Positions 44,613 to 54,100 of a stretch of DNA of 58,132 bases are shown here, in pieces; within the stretch, counting starts at the first letter, position 1, and the number at the start of each line of letters is the position of its first letter. The translations under genes were made by a program, and so were the position numbers. Below the pieces are notes generated by a model. The model was not told the DNA's origin. It searched no databases and saw nothing but the letters and a program-made list of their open reading frames with translations. The DNA comes from Candidatus Saccharimonadota bacterium (GTDB lineage Bacteria > Patescibacteriota > Saccharimonadia > Saccharimonadales > OFTM59), in contig JAJDCK010000002.1 of the NCBI GenBank assembly GCA_029260855.1, forward strand, positions 1 to 58,132, read 5' to 3'.

Positions 44613-45071
44613 CTAAGTGATGGCTATTATGTTAAAGCTAGCGGGCTCACCGTTGGTTTTAAGCTCAACTACACCTCCTACTTTTTGACCAAGTAGCGCC
44701 TGGCCGATTGGAGATTCATCTGAAATTTTACCGCTCATCGGGTCGGCTTCAACCGTTCCAACGACCTGAAACTCTTTAGTTGTACCGTTATTCTTAAGAG
44801 TCACGGTAGACCCTAACTGAACCTTGCTGCCGTTTTTCGGCTTCTGAATTATAACCACGTTCATTAAAATGTGTTCTATCTCAGATATACGACTTTCGGC
44901 TTTATCTTGTTCTTGAAGCGCAGACGTGTACTCAGCGTTTTCGGATAGATCGCCAAACTCACGAGCCAGCTTGATACGTTCAGCAATCGGGCCACGCAGT
45001 GCGATCAATTCGGCTAACTCGCTTTTTAGTTCTGCAACTCCCTCAGCAGTAAGATGAAATTGTTTTTTCAT
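44613..45071 (-). CDS. greA: Transcription elongation factor GreA
   Basis: AREFGDLSENAEY, ISDESPIGQALLG. Confidence 0.96.
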   Translation of the reverse strand: MKKQFHLTAEGVAELKSELAELIALRGPIAERIKLAREFGDLSENAEYTSALQEQDKAESRISEIEHILMNVVIIQKPKNGSKVQLGSTVTLKNNGTTKEFQVVGTVEADPMSGKISDESPIGQALLGQKVGGVVELKTNGEPASFNIIAIT

Positions 45072-45129
45072 AGCAACCGCCCCTTCCCGGGTACTCTTCG
45101 CCCCGTATTTGGCTTAGTATATCAAACGT

Positions 45130-46380
45130 TTAGCTAACAAGTGTTTTTATTAATTCTTCCTTTGGCAGCAACTCGGCTTCTTTAGCTGTTCTTGCTTTTA
45201 GCTCAAAGGTCCCGGCACGTACCGTCTTCTCGCTTATAACGACGCGATATGGTATGCCAAGCAGGTCTGCGTCGGCAAATTTCTCGCCTGGTCGCATATC
45301 CCGGTCATCGTATATTACCTCAATGTTTAGTTTCGTCAACTCCTCGTACAATTCATCTGCTGCTGATACCACAGAAGGTATATTTCCCAGCCTTGCAAGG
45401 TAAACTTTAGCCGGTGCGATACTTGCCGGCCATACCAGCCCACGATCATCACTAAGCAGCTCAGCAACTGTGCCCATAACTCTACTCACGCCAATCCCAT
45501 AACAACCCATAAGCACCGTTTGTTTGTTGCCGGCTTCATCGTCTACCGCCAGGTCAAAAGGTCCCGAGAATTTAGTACCAAGGCTAAAAATATTACCTGT
45601 TTCTATGCCCTTAACTTCCTCTAGGTCAGCTTGGCTAACGCCAACCTCCACTAACACTTCATCGGTCAATACTTCTTTATTAATTGCTATGTTTTTGGCA
45701 CGGCTCAGGTAAATAGTATCCTCACCCGCATCGGAGAGGGTCTGAAACTCATGGCTAAATTTACTGAAGCTTCCACCGCTCGCAAAAGTCATAAAAGTTC
45801 TATCACCTATCCCAACTCGGTCGTATATTCTGCGGTAGGCTTTTTGAGCTTGATCATAAAAGCCATTGTGCTGTTGCTGTGTTAGCGCGAATGAATACAT
45901 ATCTTTCATCAAGAATTCGCGACCACGCATTAGACCGCTCTTACTACGCAACTCGTTTCTAAACTTTGTTTGTATTTGATAAGGTGCGAAGGGCAGATCT
46001 TTATATGAATTGATGTAGTTCTTCACTATTGGAACCAAGTTTTCTTCGTGGGAAAACCCTAGCCCGAGCTCGCTACCATTTGACAGCTTTGTTTTAAACC
46101 AATTATCGACAATTTTATCGTCCCATCGGTTTGTCGTCTCATAGCGCTCCTTAATTTGCAGAGCTGGCATGAGTATTTCTTGGCCACCTATTGCATTCAT
46201 TTCTTCGCGAATAATCTGTGATATGTTGTTTAGCACCTTCAAACCTAGAGGTAGATAACTATAGACCCCCGCCATTTCCTTATGGACAAATCCAGCTCGT
46301 ATCAGAAGCTGGGCGTTCTTTGCCGCTTCATCTGCCGGGTGGTCTTTTCTTGTTCTGGTAAATAATTGCGAAAGTCTCAT
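45130..46380 (-). CDS. proS: Proline--tRNA ligase (bacterial type without INS editing domain)
   Basis: LLIRAGF..K..AGVY, QTKFRNE.R, GLMRGREF.MKD.YSF, MGCYGIGVSR. Only 416 aa. Confidence 0.96.
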   Translation of the reverse strand: MRLSQLFTRTRKDHPADEAAKNAQLLIRAGFVHKEMAGVYSYLPLGLKVLNNISQIIREEMNAIGGQEILMPALQIKERYETTNRWDDKIVDNWFKTKLSNGSELGLGFSHEENLVPIVKNYINSYKDLPFAPYQIQTKFRNELRSKSGLMRGREFLMKDMYSFALTQQQHNGFYDQAQKAYRRIYDRVGIGDRTFMTFASGGSFSKFSHEFQTLSDAGEDTIYLSRAKNIAINKEVLTDEVLVEVGVSQADLEEVKGIETGNIFSLGTKFSGPFDLAVDDEAGNKQTVLMGCYGIGVSRVMGTVAELLSDDRGLVWPASIAPAKVYLARLGNIPSVVSAADELYEELTKLNIEVIYDDRDMRPGEKFADADLLGIPYRVVISEKTVRAGTFELKARTAKEAELLPKEELIKTLVS

Positions 46381-46399
46381 CTATGCTTCTCATTGTACA

Positions 46400-47185
46400 T
46401 TAAATAATGAAAAGTACGGTGAAGGCTACCAAATTTTTGATGGCGTGTAGCCCTATGGCCGACCACAAACTATCCGTTTTTTCCCTAAGATAGACCAACA
46501 CCATAGACAAAATAAAAGTATCAATACCGGCAATCCAAAGCAGCGGTTCCCCACTACTCCAGCCCAAATGCGCCGCACCGAACAATAAACTGGTTATTAT
46601 TGCAGCTACAGGTAGAGGTAGGTTTTTACGTAGGCCCGTGAACAACAACCCTCGAGTTAGAACCTCCTCGTAAAGTGGTGGCAGGACCACAAGGCCTAGA
46701 AACACTAACACCAATGCTATGCCTGAGGTGTCTGTACTAAATGCTAATTGCTGTGCTTGCGTTACATCAATAATATTCAAAAATTTACTTATAAAATAAG
46801 CAGCTACAAGATAAATAACGAAGTACCACCCATAGCCTACGAACGCATAGATAAGGTCGACAGGTTTTGGTTTCTTTAGGCCTATAGTTGACCATCTAGT
46901 TTTTAATAGTTTTATCACCCCGTGCACAAGGAAAATGCCCACAATCGCAACAGCGAGTTGGCTAACAAACGGACCAATAACCCCGGTCCTTAACCATTCG
47001 ATTATCGCGCCAACTGACGCACCTTGGGTCGTCAGGTAGATTGCCAGCAGATTGAGAGCAATAACCTGAGACAAGAAGTATATAAGTACCGCGCTAAATA
47101 CTGCAAAAACGGCGTTCAGTCGGTCGCCTTTCGGTGCGTGATGCCGCACGGAAACTACTGCTTCAGGCTCATCGTGAGCGCTCAT
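46400..47185 (-). CDS. CPBP (CAAX/Abi) intramembrane metalloprotease
   Basis: PLYEEVLTRG, FGAAHL, HAIKN. Confidence 0.9.
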   Translation of the reverse strand: MSAHDEPEAVVSVRHHAPKGDRLNAVFAVFSAVLIYFLSQVIALNLLAIYLTTQGASVGAIIEWLRTGVIGPFVSQLAVAIVGIFLVHGVIKLLKTRWSTIGLKKPKPVDLIYAFVGYGWYFVIYLVAAYFISKFLNIIDVTQAQQLAFSTDTSGIALVLVFLGLVVLPPLYEEVLTRGLLFTGLRKNLPLPVAAIITSLLFGAAHLGWSSGEPLLWIAGIDTFILSMVLVYLREKTDSLWSAIGLHAIKNLVAFTVLFII

Positions 47186-48301
47186 CTAAGTAAATAGTCT
47201 TTTTATATCAAGGAATGTAATAAGAAAAATTAATGCGAGTAACAACATAAATCCGGTGCCATGTATTAAATCTTCCCTGTCTTTGGTCAGCGGCTTTCTA
47301 AGCGCCCTAAATACTAAGGTAACAAAAAGTCTCCCTCCATCAAGCGCCGGTATGGGAAGAGCGTTCATAACAGCAAGGCTGATAGAGATCAGCGCGATAA
47401 GAAATAATATCTGACCTAGGCCTTCTGCTGCTGAGTCACTAATTAACTTAAAGATTGCTACCGGGCCTGCAACCGCATTTTGCGCCTCTTGGGTTTGGCC
47501 TTTAAATAAATTCTGCACTACGTAGCCTAGGCCACGGAATGAAAGATCGGTATATTGAACAGCGGTGGCAACACCAACTATTGGAGCTGACCAAGTAGCC
47601 TTAAATACTTGTGGATTTATTGAACTAACACCTAGGTAACCAGTGTTCTGCGTAGATGTTTGATTCAACGTCGCCTGTACTGTTTGCTCAGAGCCGTTAT
47701 CGCGACGGAATGAAAGATCAACTGTTTGGCCTTTGTAGGCCTCGGTTACACTGGGCAATATATTGGAGCTAGCTATTGGCTCCGCACCAATCCGTATTAT
47801 CTCGTCTCCGGTTACTAACCCGGCCCTTGAGGCAGGAGAATCTTCAGCTACACCTACAAAAACTTGGCTCTTAATAATATTGGTATCTGAAGCTATCGTA
47901 AATTGTTCTCTGTCGTAAAAAGGCAGAACCTTTAGATCCGCCTTGGGCATTCCGATTAACGCCAAGCCTGTGAATATAACCGCTGCTGCCACAAAGTTCA
48001 TGAGCACACCCGCCAGAATAATTTTAACCTTGGACCCGAGTCGGGCAGCACCAAAACTTCCCTCTGCTGTATCGGCATCGTTTTCACCTTTTAACTTTAC
48101 AAACCCGCCCAAGGGCAGCCAGTTCAGCGTATAAATGGTTCCGTTTTTCTTCTTTATCACCTTAGCTCTTGGCGGGAAACCAATACCAAACTCCTCCACG
48201 TCCACACCGTTTCTACGCGCAACGATAAAGTGCCCGATTTCGTGAATCACCACCAGGCCGACAAACATCAATATCCCAAATATTAGCAACACAATAGACA
48301 T
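47186..48301 (-). CDS. rseP: RIP metalloprotease RseP (M50, PDZ)
   Basis: HEIGH, FGIGF, LPLGGFVKL, PDZ domain, NALPIPALDGG. Confidence 0.95.
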   Translation of the reverse strand: MSIVLLIFGILMFVGLVVIHEIGHFIVARRNGVDVEEFGIGFPPRAKVIKKKNGTIYTLNWLPLGGFVKLKGENDADTAEGSFGAARLGSKVKIILAGVLMNFVAAAVIFTGLALIGMPKADLKVLPFYDREQFTIASDTNIIKSQVFVGVAEDSPASRAGLVTGDEIIRIGAEPIASSNILPSVTEAYKGQTVDLSFRRDNGSEQTVQATLNQTSTQNTGYLGVSSINPQVFKATWSAPIVGVATAVQYTDLSFRGLGYVVQNLFKGQTQEAQNAVAGPVAIFKLISDSAAEGLGQILFLIALISISLAVMNALPIPALDGGRLFVTLVFRALRKPLTKDREDLIHGTGFMLLLALIFLITFLDIKRLFT

Positions 48302-48345
48302 ATGAAACTTAGTATATAAAGTTTTTTAGTTATATCCTATAGCAC

Positions 48346-49041
48346 TTAGCCCCCATGCCGCCTTTGACGCATGGAATATTCTTCAAGTGCACTATACAGA
48401 TCTTGCTCCGTGAAATCCGGCCAGTGTTTTTTAATGAAGTACAGCTCTGAGTAATTGAGTCTATAAAGTAAGTAGCCGCTTAGCCTTTGCTCGCCAGATG
48501 TGCGAATCAAAAAGTCCACATCGGGCACCTCCGGATGATACAAGTACTTTCCAAGGGTGTCGTCATTGATTTCTTCACTTGATACTTTTTGATTTATTAT
48601 CTGCCTAACCGCATCGGCCAGTTCTTCTCGGCCACCATAGTTAAAACAAATCGCCAGGGTGCCGGCAGTATTATTTTTTGTTTTTTCTTCAGCTTTTTCG
48701 ATAGCTTTTATAAGCTTCGGGCTTAGGCGCTCCCGACTGCCCAGACAGACAACCCGAATATTTTCTTTGTTCAGCTCGGCAATGTCCTTATTCAACAAAA
48801 TGTAGGCCAAGGCCATAAGATACTTGACTTCATCGGATGTACGATTCCAGTTTTCTTTAGAAAAAATATAAGCTGAAACGTACTTAACCCCGTGATTTAT
48901 GGCTGCTTTAGTTATTGTTTTGAGGTTTTCATAGCCACGGTTGTGTCCGTCAAAACTTGGCAGACCCTTGGCTTTCGCCCACCGCCGGTTACCGTCAAGG
49001 ATCAAACCGATGTGAGCAGGAATAGTTGGCTTATCGGACAT
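48346..49041 (-). CDS. uppS: Undecaprenyl/polyprenyl diphosphate synthase
   Basis: HIGLILDGNRRWA, FSKENWNR, YGGREE, DFLIRTSGEQRLS. Confidence 0.96.
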   Translation of the reverse strand: MSDKPTIPAHIGLILDGNRRWAKAKGLPSFDGHNRGYENLKTITKAAINHGVKYVSAYIFSKENWNRTSDEVKYLMALAYILLNKDIAELNKENIRVVCLGSRERLSPKLIKAIEKAEEKTKNNTAGTLAICFNYGGREELADAVRQIINQKVSSEEINDDTLGKYLYHPEVPDVDFLIRTSGEQRLSGYLLYRLNYSELYFIKKHWPDFTEQDLYSALEEYSMRQRRHGG

Positions 49042-49059
49042 CTTAGGGATTATACCTGA

Positions 49060-49623
49060 TTAAACGGTCATTATCTCGGCTTCTTTAGATTTTGCGTGCG
49101 ATTCGATCTCGGCCTTAGTTGTGTTCATCACCTCGTCTACTTGTTTTTCTAAGCGCTTAGCATCGTCCTCGCCAATTTGTTTGTCTTTTTTGGCCTGATC
49201 AATATCACGCATGGCGTCGTGTCGGGCATTGCGCAGGCTAACCATTGCATCTTCAACCTTGCTGTTTAGGAGCTTAACGTATTCCCTACGGCGATCTTCT
49301 GTAAGTGGCGGTATGGGCACGCGCACGACCCGGCCGTCATCCATCGGGTTCATGCCAAGTGATGGATTGTCACGGATAGAGGCAGCGATAGCTTGCAGAT
49401 TACTGGGGTCAAAAGGCGTGATTTGAAGCTGTTGAGCCTCGGATGCGGTCACACTGGCCACTTGTATGAGCGGCATCTCTGTGCCATAAGCCCTCACCGT
49501 AACACTGTCCAGCATACTGGGGTGCGCCCGCCCAGTCCTAACTTTCTTCAGCTCTTCCTGAAAATGGCTCAATGATTGCTGAAATTTGTTGGTTGCCTGG
49601 TTCACAATTTGCTGCGGATTCAT
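49060..49623 (-). CDS. frr: Ribosome recycling factor
   Basis: KVRTGRAHP, I.PFD, PPLTEDRR, RNARHD. Confidence 0.96.
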   Translation of the reverse strand: MNPQQIVNQATNKFQQSLSHFQEELKKVRTGRAHPSMLDSVTVRAYGTEMPLIQVASVTASEAQQLQITPFDPSNLQAIAASIRDNPSLGMNPMDDGRVVRVPIPPLTEDRRREYVKLLNSKVEDAMVSLRNARHDAMRDIDQAKKDKQIGEDDAKRLEKQVDEVMNTTKAEIESHAKSKEAEIMTV

Positions 49624-49641
49624 ATTCAGTATCTTAGCATC

Positions 49642-50241
49642 TCAATTAATCTCGCCTAGCACAATACGGGAGAAGCGGCGGACGACGATGTTTTCGCCCA
49701 GTTTGGCGATGTGCTCTTTAATGTATGCTTCGACTGTTTGGTCGGGGTTCTTGACGAATGGCTGGCCAATTAAACAACGTTCTGCAAAATATTTCTTGAG
49801 CATTCCCTCTACTATATTATCAATCATGCTGTCTGGTTTGCCCTCTGATTTTGCCTTTTCGGCGAATTCAGTTGCTTTGACGTCCTGGACTTCGGTTGGG
49901 ATATCGTCTTGGGAAACGAATTCTGGGGCGCTAGCTGCAATGTGCATGGCAATGTCTTTGACCATGGCCTGAAATTCATCGGTTCGAGCAACAAAATCGG
50001 TTTCACAATTAACCTCTACCAATACACCTATGCGACTATCATGGTTGTACGTACCAATGATTCCGGAACGGGCTTCGCGTTCTCCGCGCTTTTCGGCTTT
50101 GGTCAAACCTTTTTTGCGCATGGCAGAAAGGGCTGTGTCAAAGTCGCCGTTCGCGTCTACCAGTGCTTGTTTTGCATCCGTAATCCCAACGCCGGTCAAC
50201 TCGCGTAAACGTTTAATTTCTTCAACGGTTATATCTGACAT
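49642..50241 (-). CDS. tsf: Elongation factor Ts (short form)
   Basis: IKRLRELTGVG..DAK.AL, EVNCETDFVA, RRFSR. Confidence 0.97.
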   Translation of the reverse strand: MSDITVEEIKRLRELTGVGITDAKQALVDANGDFDTALSAMRKKGLTKAEKRGEREARSGIIGTYNHDSRIGVLVEVNCETDFVARTDEFQAMVKDIAMHIAASAPEFVSQDDIPTEVQDVKATEFAEKAKSEGKPDSMIDNIVEGMLKKYFAERCLIGQPFVKNPDQTVEAYIKEHIAKLGENIVVRRFSRIVLGEIN

Positions 50242-50996
50242 TACTTGTCGCCTTTCGCGTCACTTTGCCCTTCTTTATCGGTGGGTTTGTCTGCTTTTTT
50301 AGCATGCTTGGCTTGGCCTGTTTCTATAGCTGCCTGTACGTAATCAGTGATCAGTTTTAGTGCTTTTATGGCGTCGTCATTGCATGGGATCGGGTAAGTC
50401 GCTTTGGCGGGGTCTGCATTTGTATCCACAATCGCAACGACCGGCACACCAAGCTTCTTGGCTTCTCTTACAGCGTTAGCTTCGTGGATCATATCTGTAA
50501 CGTAAACCGCGCCAAGCTTCGCCGTCATATCTTTAATACCACCGTAGATGTGATTCATGGCATCAATTTCTTCCTGAAATCTTTGAACTTCCAGCTTGCT
50601 GTATTTAGCTGCCAGCTGGCCGTTTTCCATCTTTTCTTCCAGGTCTTTTAGGTGTTTAATGCGCCCGCCGATAGTTGTGCGATTAGTAAGCATCCCGCCA
50701 AGCCATCGCTCAACAACATAAGGCATCTTGGTCGCTTCAGCAGCGGCTTTGGTAATGTCGTGCGCTTGGCGTTTGGTGCCAACAAATACTATTTGCTTGC
50801 CCTCGCTTGCAGTCTGCTCCAGGAAGCTCAGAGCTTCTTCTAGGCACTCAACAGTTTTAGTCAGATCAATAATATGATTACCTTCGCGCTTTGAGTGGAT
50901 GAACTGAGCCATGTTGGGGTGCCAACGACTGGTCTTGTGGCCAAAATGCGCCCCCGCTTCCATTAGTTTTTTGATATCTACTTCTGTAGATGCCAT
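50241..50996 (-). CDS. rpsB: 30S ribosomal protein S2
   Basis: EAGAHFGH...RWHP.M, FVGTK, RWLGGMLTN, VDTNADP, IPCNDDA. Confidence 0.98.
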   Translation of the reverse strand: MASTEVDIKKLMEAGAHFGHKTSRWHPNMAQFIHSKREGNHIIDLTKTVECLEEALSFLEQTASEGKQIVFVGTKRQAHDITKAAAEATKMPYVVERWLGGMLTNRTTIGGRIKHLKDLEEKMENGQLAAKYSKLEVQRFQEEIDAMNHIYGGIKDMTAKLGAVYVTDMIHEANAVREAKKLGVPVVAIVDTNADPAKATYPIPCNDDAIKALKLITDYVQAAIETGQAKHAKKADKPTDKEGQSDAKGDK

Positions 50997-51125
50997 GTAT
51001 TTCTCCTTGTTCTTCGTCTTGGAAACTGTAGCCGTCCTGCACGGAGCTGACTAAAGAGGATATGACTCCAAAACTGCTTTAATATTTAACTCGCTAATAC
51101 TAACAGTTTGCGGGCTTTTACGCAA
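50997..51125 (-). promoter_or_regulatory. rpsB promoter and ~95-nt 5' leader
   Basis: TTGCGT (51125-51120), 17 nt, TGt-TAGTAT (51102-51097). SD AAGGAG before ATG. Confidence 0.7.
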
Positions 51126-51155
51126 GGCCCCAAACCCACATGGCTCGGTAGTTAT

Positions 51156-54100
51156 CTATGTGCTCATTCCAGCCCAAAAAGCAGCATTGGCAGACGTTAT
51201 AGAGTTCGTGAGATTCACCGAGCTTATGGTTGTTTGACCGCCCGTAGTAACAGTAGCAAACTTTGATACAGCAAGCGCAAGACCAACATTACCTAGTCCT
51301 GGAGTAACTGTGCCCCGAGCAAATAATGGCATTGTCGTGCCGTTACAAAGAAACGCAATATAATAATCAGTCCCTAGTATTACTGCTTGGCCGGTGATAG
51401 TTGCTGTTTTTGTTCCTGTGGTGTTCCATTGAGCAGACATGTCTGTTGGAGATAGTTGGAGTAGCGCGCCGTTAGCATCTAACAAGGCCATGCAACACTG
51501 CCCGCCACCTGTAAGCGTGACACCGCCCGTTTGCACGGCCGAGTATAGCTTGGTAATCGTTTCGGACCTGAGCGCTGTAACGCGATTGAGATATATGATG
51601 CCGGAAACCAGCTGCGAGTTGTTAGAGGCAGATTCCGGATCAAGCGTTACAGCGTTTAGGCCGCGCTTTGAGGGGTGGGCAACAAACACGGTACTAATAA
51701 GACTGTCCGAACCCCCTGCCGCATGTGTAGTGGCATGTGTCGTAACCGATGCTGTTGGATAAGCGGCCGACTGCACCCAAGCAGCACCGTTGTGCACTAA
51801 TTCAATTGTAGAGACCGAAGCAGCGGCTGCCTGGGGCTGCCATGTTATGGATGACAGACTTCCGCCCCATGTAATAGCATGGTTACCCGTGCCGTCCTGC
51901 GTTAGAACTAGCATTAGACGTCCACCAGCAACAGGGTGTGTGGGGGCGTATATATCAACCCCCTGGTCAAGCGTTAGTGTGTGCACATGCCCAGACCGTG
52001 AGTCAGGTGTATAACTACCGCCCAGAGACGATGCGCTTCCGGCAGCATGAAGTTCGTGTCCACCCGTCAGCTGCACTAAATTAGTACCATCGGGTGAGAT
52101 AAAACGGAGGGCAGTAGTAGCATTTGGCGTTGGGTCCAATCGGAAATCGTAGTTGATCCCGTATACTCCATTAAACGCCATGCTGCGTCCGCCAGTACCG
52201 TCTTGTGTCAGGAGCAGGGTCAGCTCAGCACCAGGTGTCAAGTTGTTGGGTGAGCTTATTGTCGTCTGACCCGAGCCGTTACCACTGTCCAGTAAAACCT
52301 GGTGGATTCTAGCAACCCGCAGGTTAGGCTTGTATGTCCCTGCTGTCGGAGTCTGCAGGGAAGATCCTCCAGCATTATAGTAGGCGGAATTGAGTCGCGA
52401 ACTGACTTGGTTCCAAGAGATACCATCATAGATAAAAGAAACAGCACTAACCGCACTGGAATTAAAGTCAACTACCGAACCACTTAGCTTAAAAACCGCA
52501 TCAAATGTCACCAGTACACCACCGGCAACTGGCTGAGTAAAGATCAGTGTCAGCTGTTGACCGCGAAAACAAGGCCCACTAGTGTTACCGATTAGATTAT
52601 CCATTACTGGTGCGGCCACTGTTAGCGGGACGTCGGTTGCAAGACTGACTTCATTGATACCGCCTCGGTTTGGATCTGGAGTAAAAGTACCAGTACTCGT
52701 TGTGACAGTCCCTATGGTTCTGACGCCTAATTGGCTCCCGCAGATCACAGAATTGTTAACCGGGTCATTGTTAATCGTACTGACAGCGTGCGAGGCTGAT
52801 TGTAGGGTAATCGAGTTTCGGATTGGGAAGTTAATGAAATCTAGCGCAGATTGTTGGGTAGCCTGAGCACCCCCAAAACCATTATTGCCAGGCAAACGGT
52901 CAATTGCTAATACCCGAAATGCGCAGTTCGCTGAAGCATCTAGCTGCATACCATAACCGATGATTCCAGACTGGCCATTTGAATCTGGTATTCCAAGACC
53001 GTGGCCATTTGAATCAACAATAAAATCGCCCTGGCAACGCGTGGATCTTACGACAACACCATGCCGCCAGTTGTCTTGGGCTTCACACGAAGCGAATACC
53101 TGCCTGCCCGACACAATAAGCCACCCATCCCCATGGTTGCCGTCAAGTCTTCCACAAAAATATGCTTTGCAGGTCGCCCAACGGACATTACCGCCACCCG
53201 CATAAATGCCCTCTAACCCACAGTCGCCAATATGAATATTGACGTGCGTACCATCGGAGGAGCCGTCACGAAAACCTTGTCCGTCACAGGACTCAACCTT
53301 GAGATCAGTTACATGATCACCAGTGCTGCGTTGCGTGCCGATTGGTGTGTTGCCGTCAATCGCCAGACCATGCCCTGACGCTCCGGAAACTACTACATTA
53401 GATACGACGGGCTCTGAATCAACAACACTAAAAGCGGTCGGGGTTGCGGCCTCGCTGGTTAGATAAATACCGTTTATAACCAGTTGCACGCTATCCCCTG
53501 ATGAGTGGCTTGTTGCTGTTGTCCCCTGCCAGCCACGCCCAGTTGGCACGGCAACAAAACCATTAGTTGCAGAAGCAGCCTGCTGAGGTGTCAATGTATT
53601 GCCAGATTTTGCGGTGATTTGAATTGTTTCTACACCTATACGAATACGGAACGGTGCGGTTGGTAATATCGATCCGTCCGACACTGTGAAGCTGGCCTCG
53701 GTTGCACCGTCTGCAATCCCCGAAGTCAAGGTACAGGCCGCGCCATTTTGCTGCCCTACCTGGCGTTTTCTGTTACCACACACCCAAATATTACGAATAC
53801 TAAGAAGTTCCGCTAGACCGTTGTAGGATTCAATGATTCCCGAACCGGTGGCATTAAAAGTTGCTGACCCACTAGTGCCGTTGTATGAAAAAGTAGTCCC
53901 GCCGATTTTGGAGTTATTAGCTAGCAGTATGACACTCCCCCAGCCATCGCCGACCACTGATGCGTGTGACGGCACGAGGATTTTTTCAGAGGTCACATAG
54001 CTACCAGTACCTCTGTCCGGAAAATAAAGCGTGCCACCAACTACGCCGTCTGCCAACATGGCAGCAACTGCCGCTTGAATATATGGGGCCCAGTCGTTTG

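Noticed and set aside
51111-51130. GGGCTTT/AAGGCCC hairpin as terminator of the fibre gene
   Set aside because: Weak stem, no U-tract on the minus strand, and it coincides with the rpsB -35 region.
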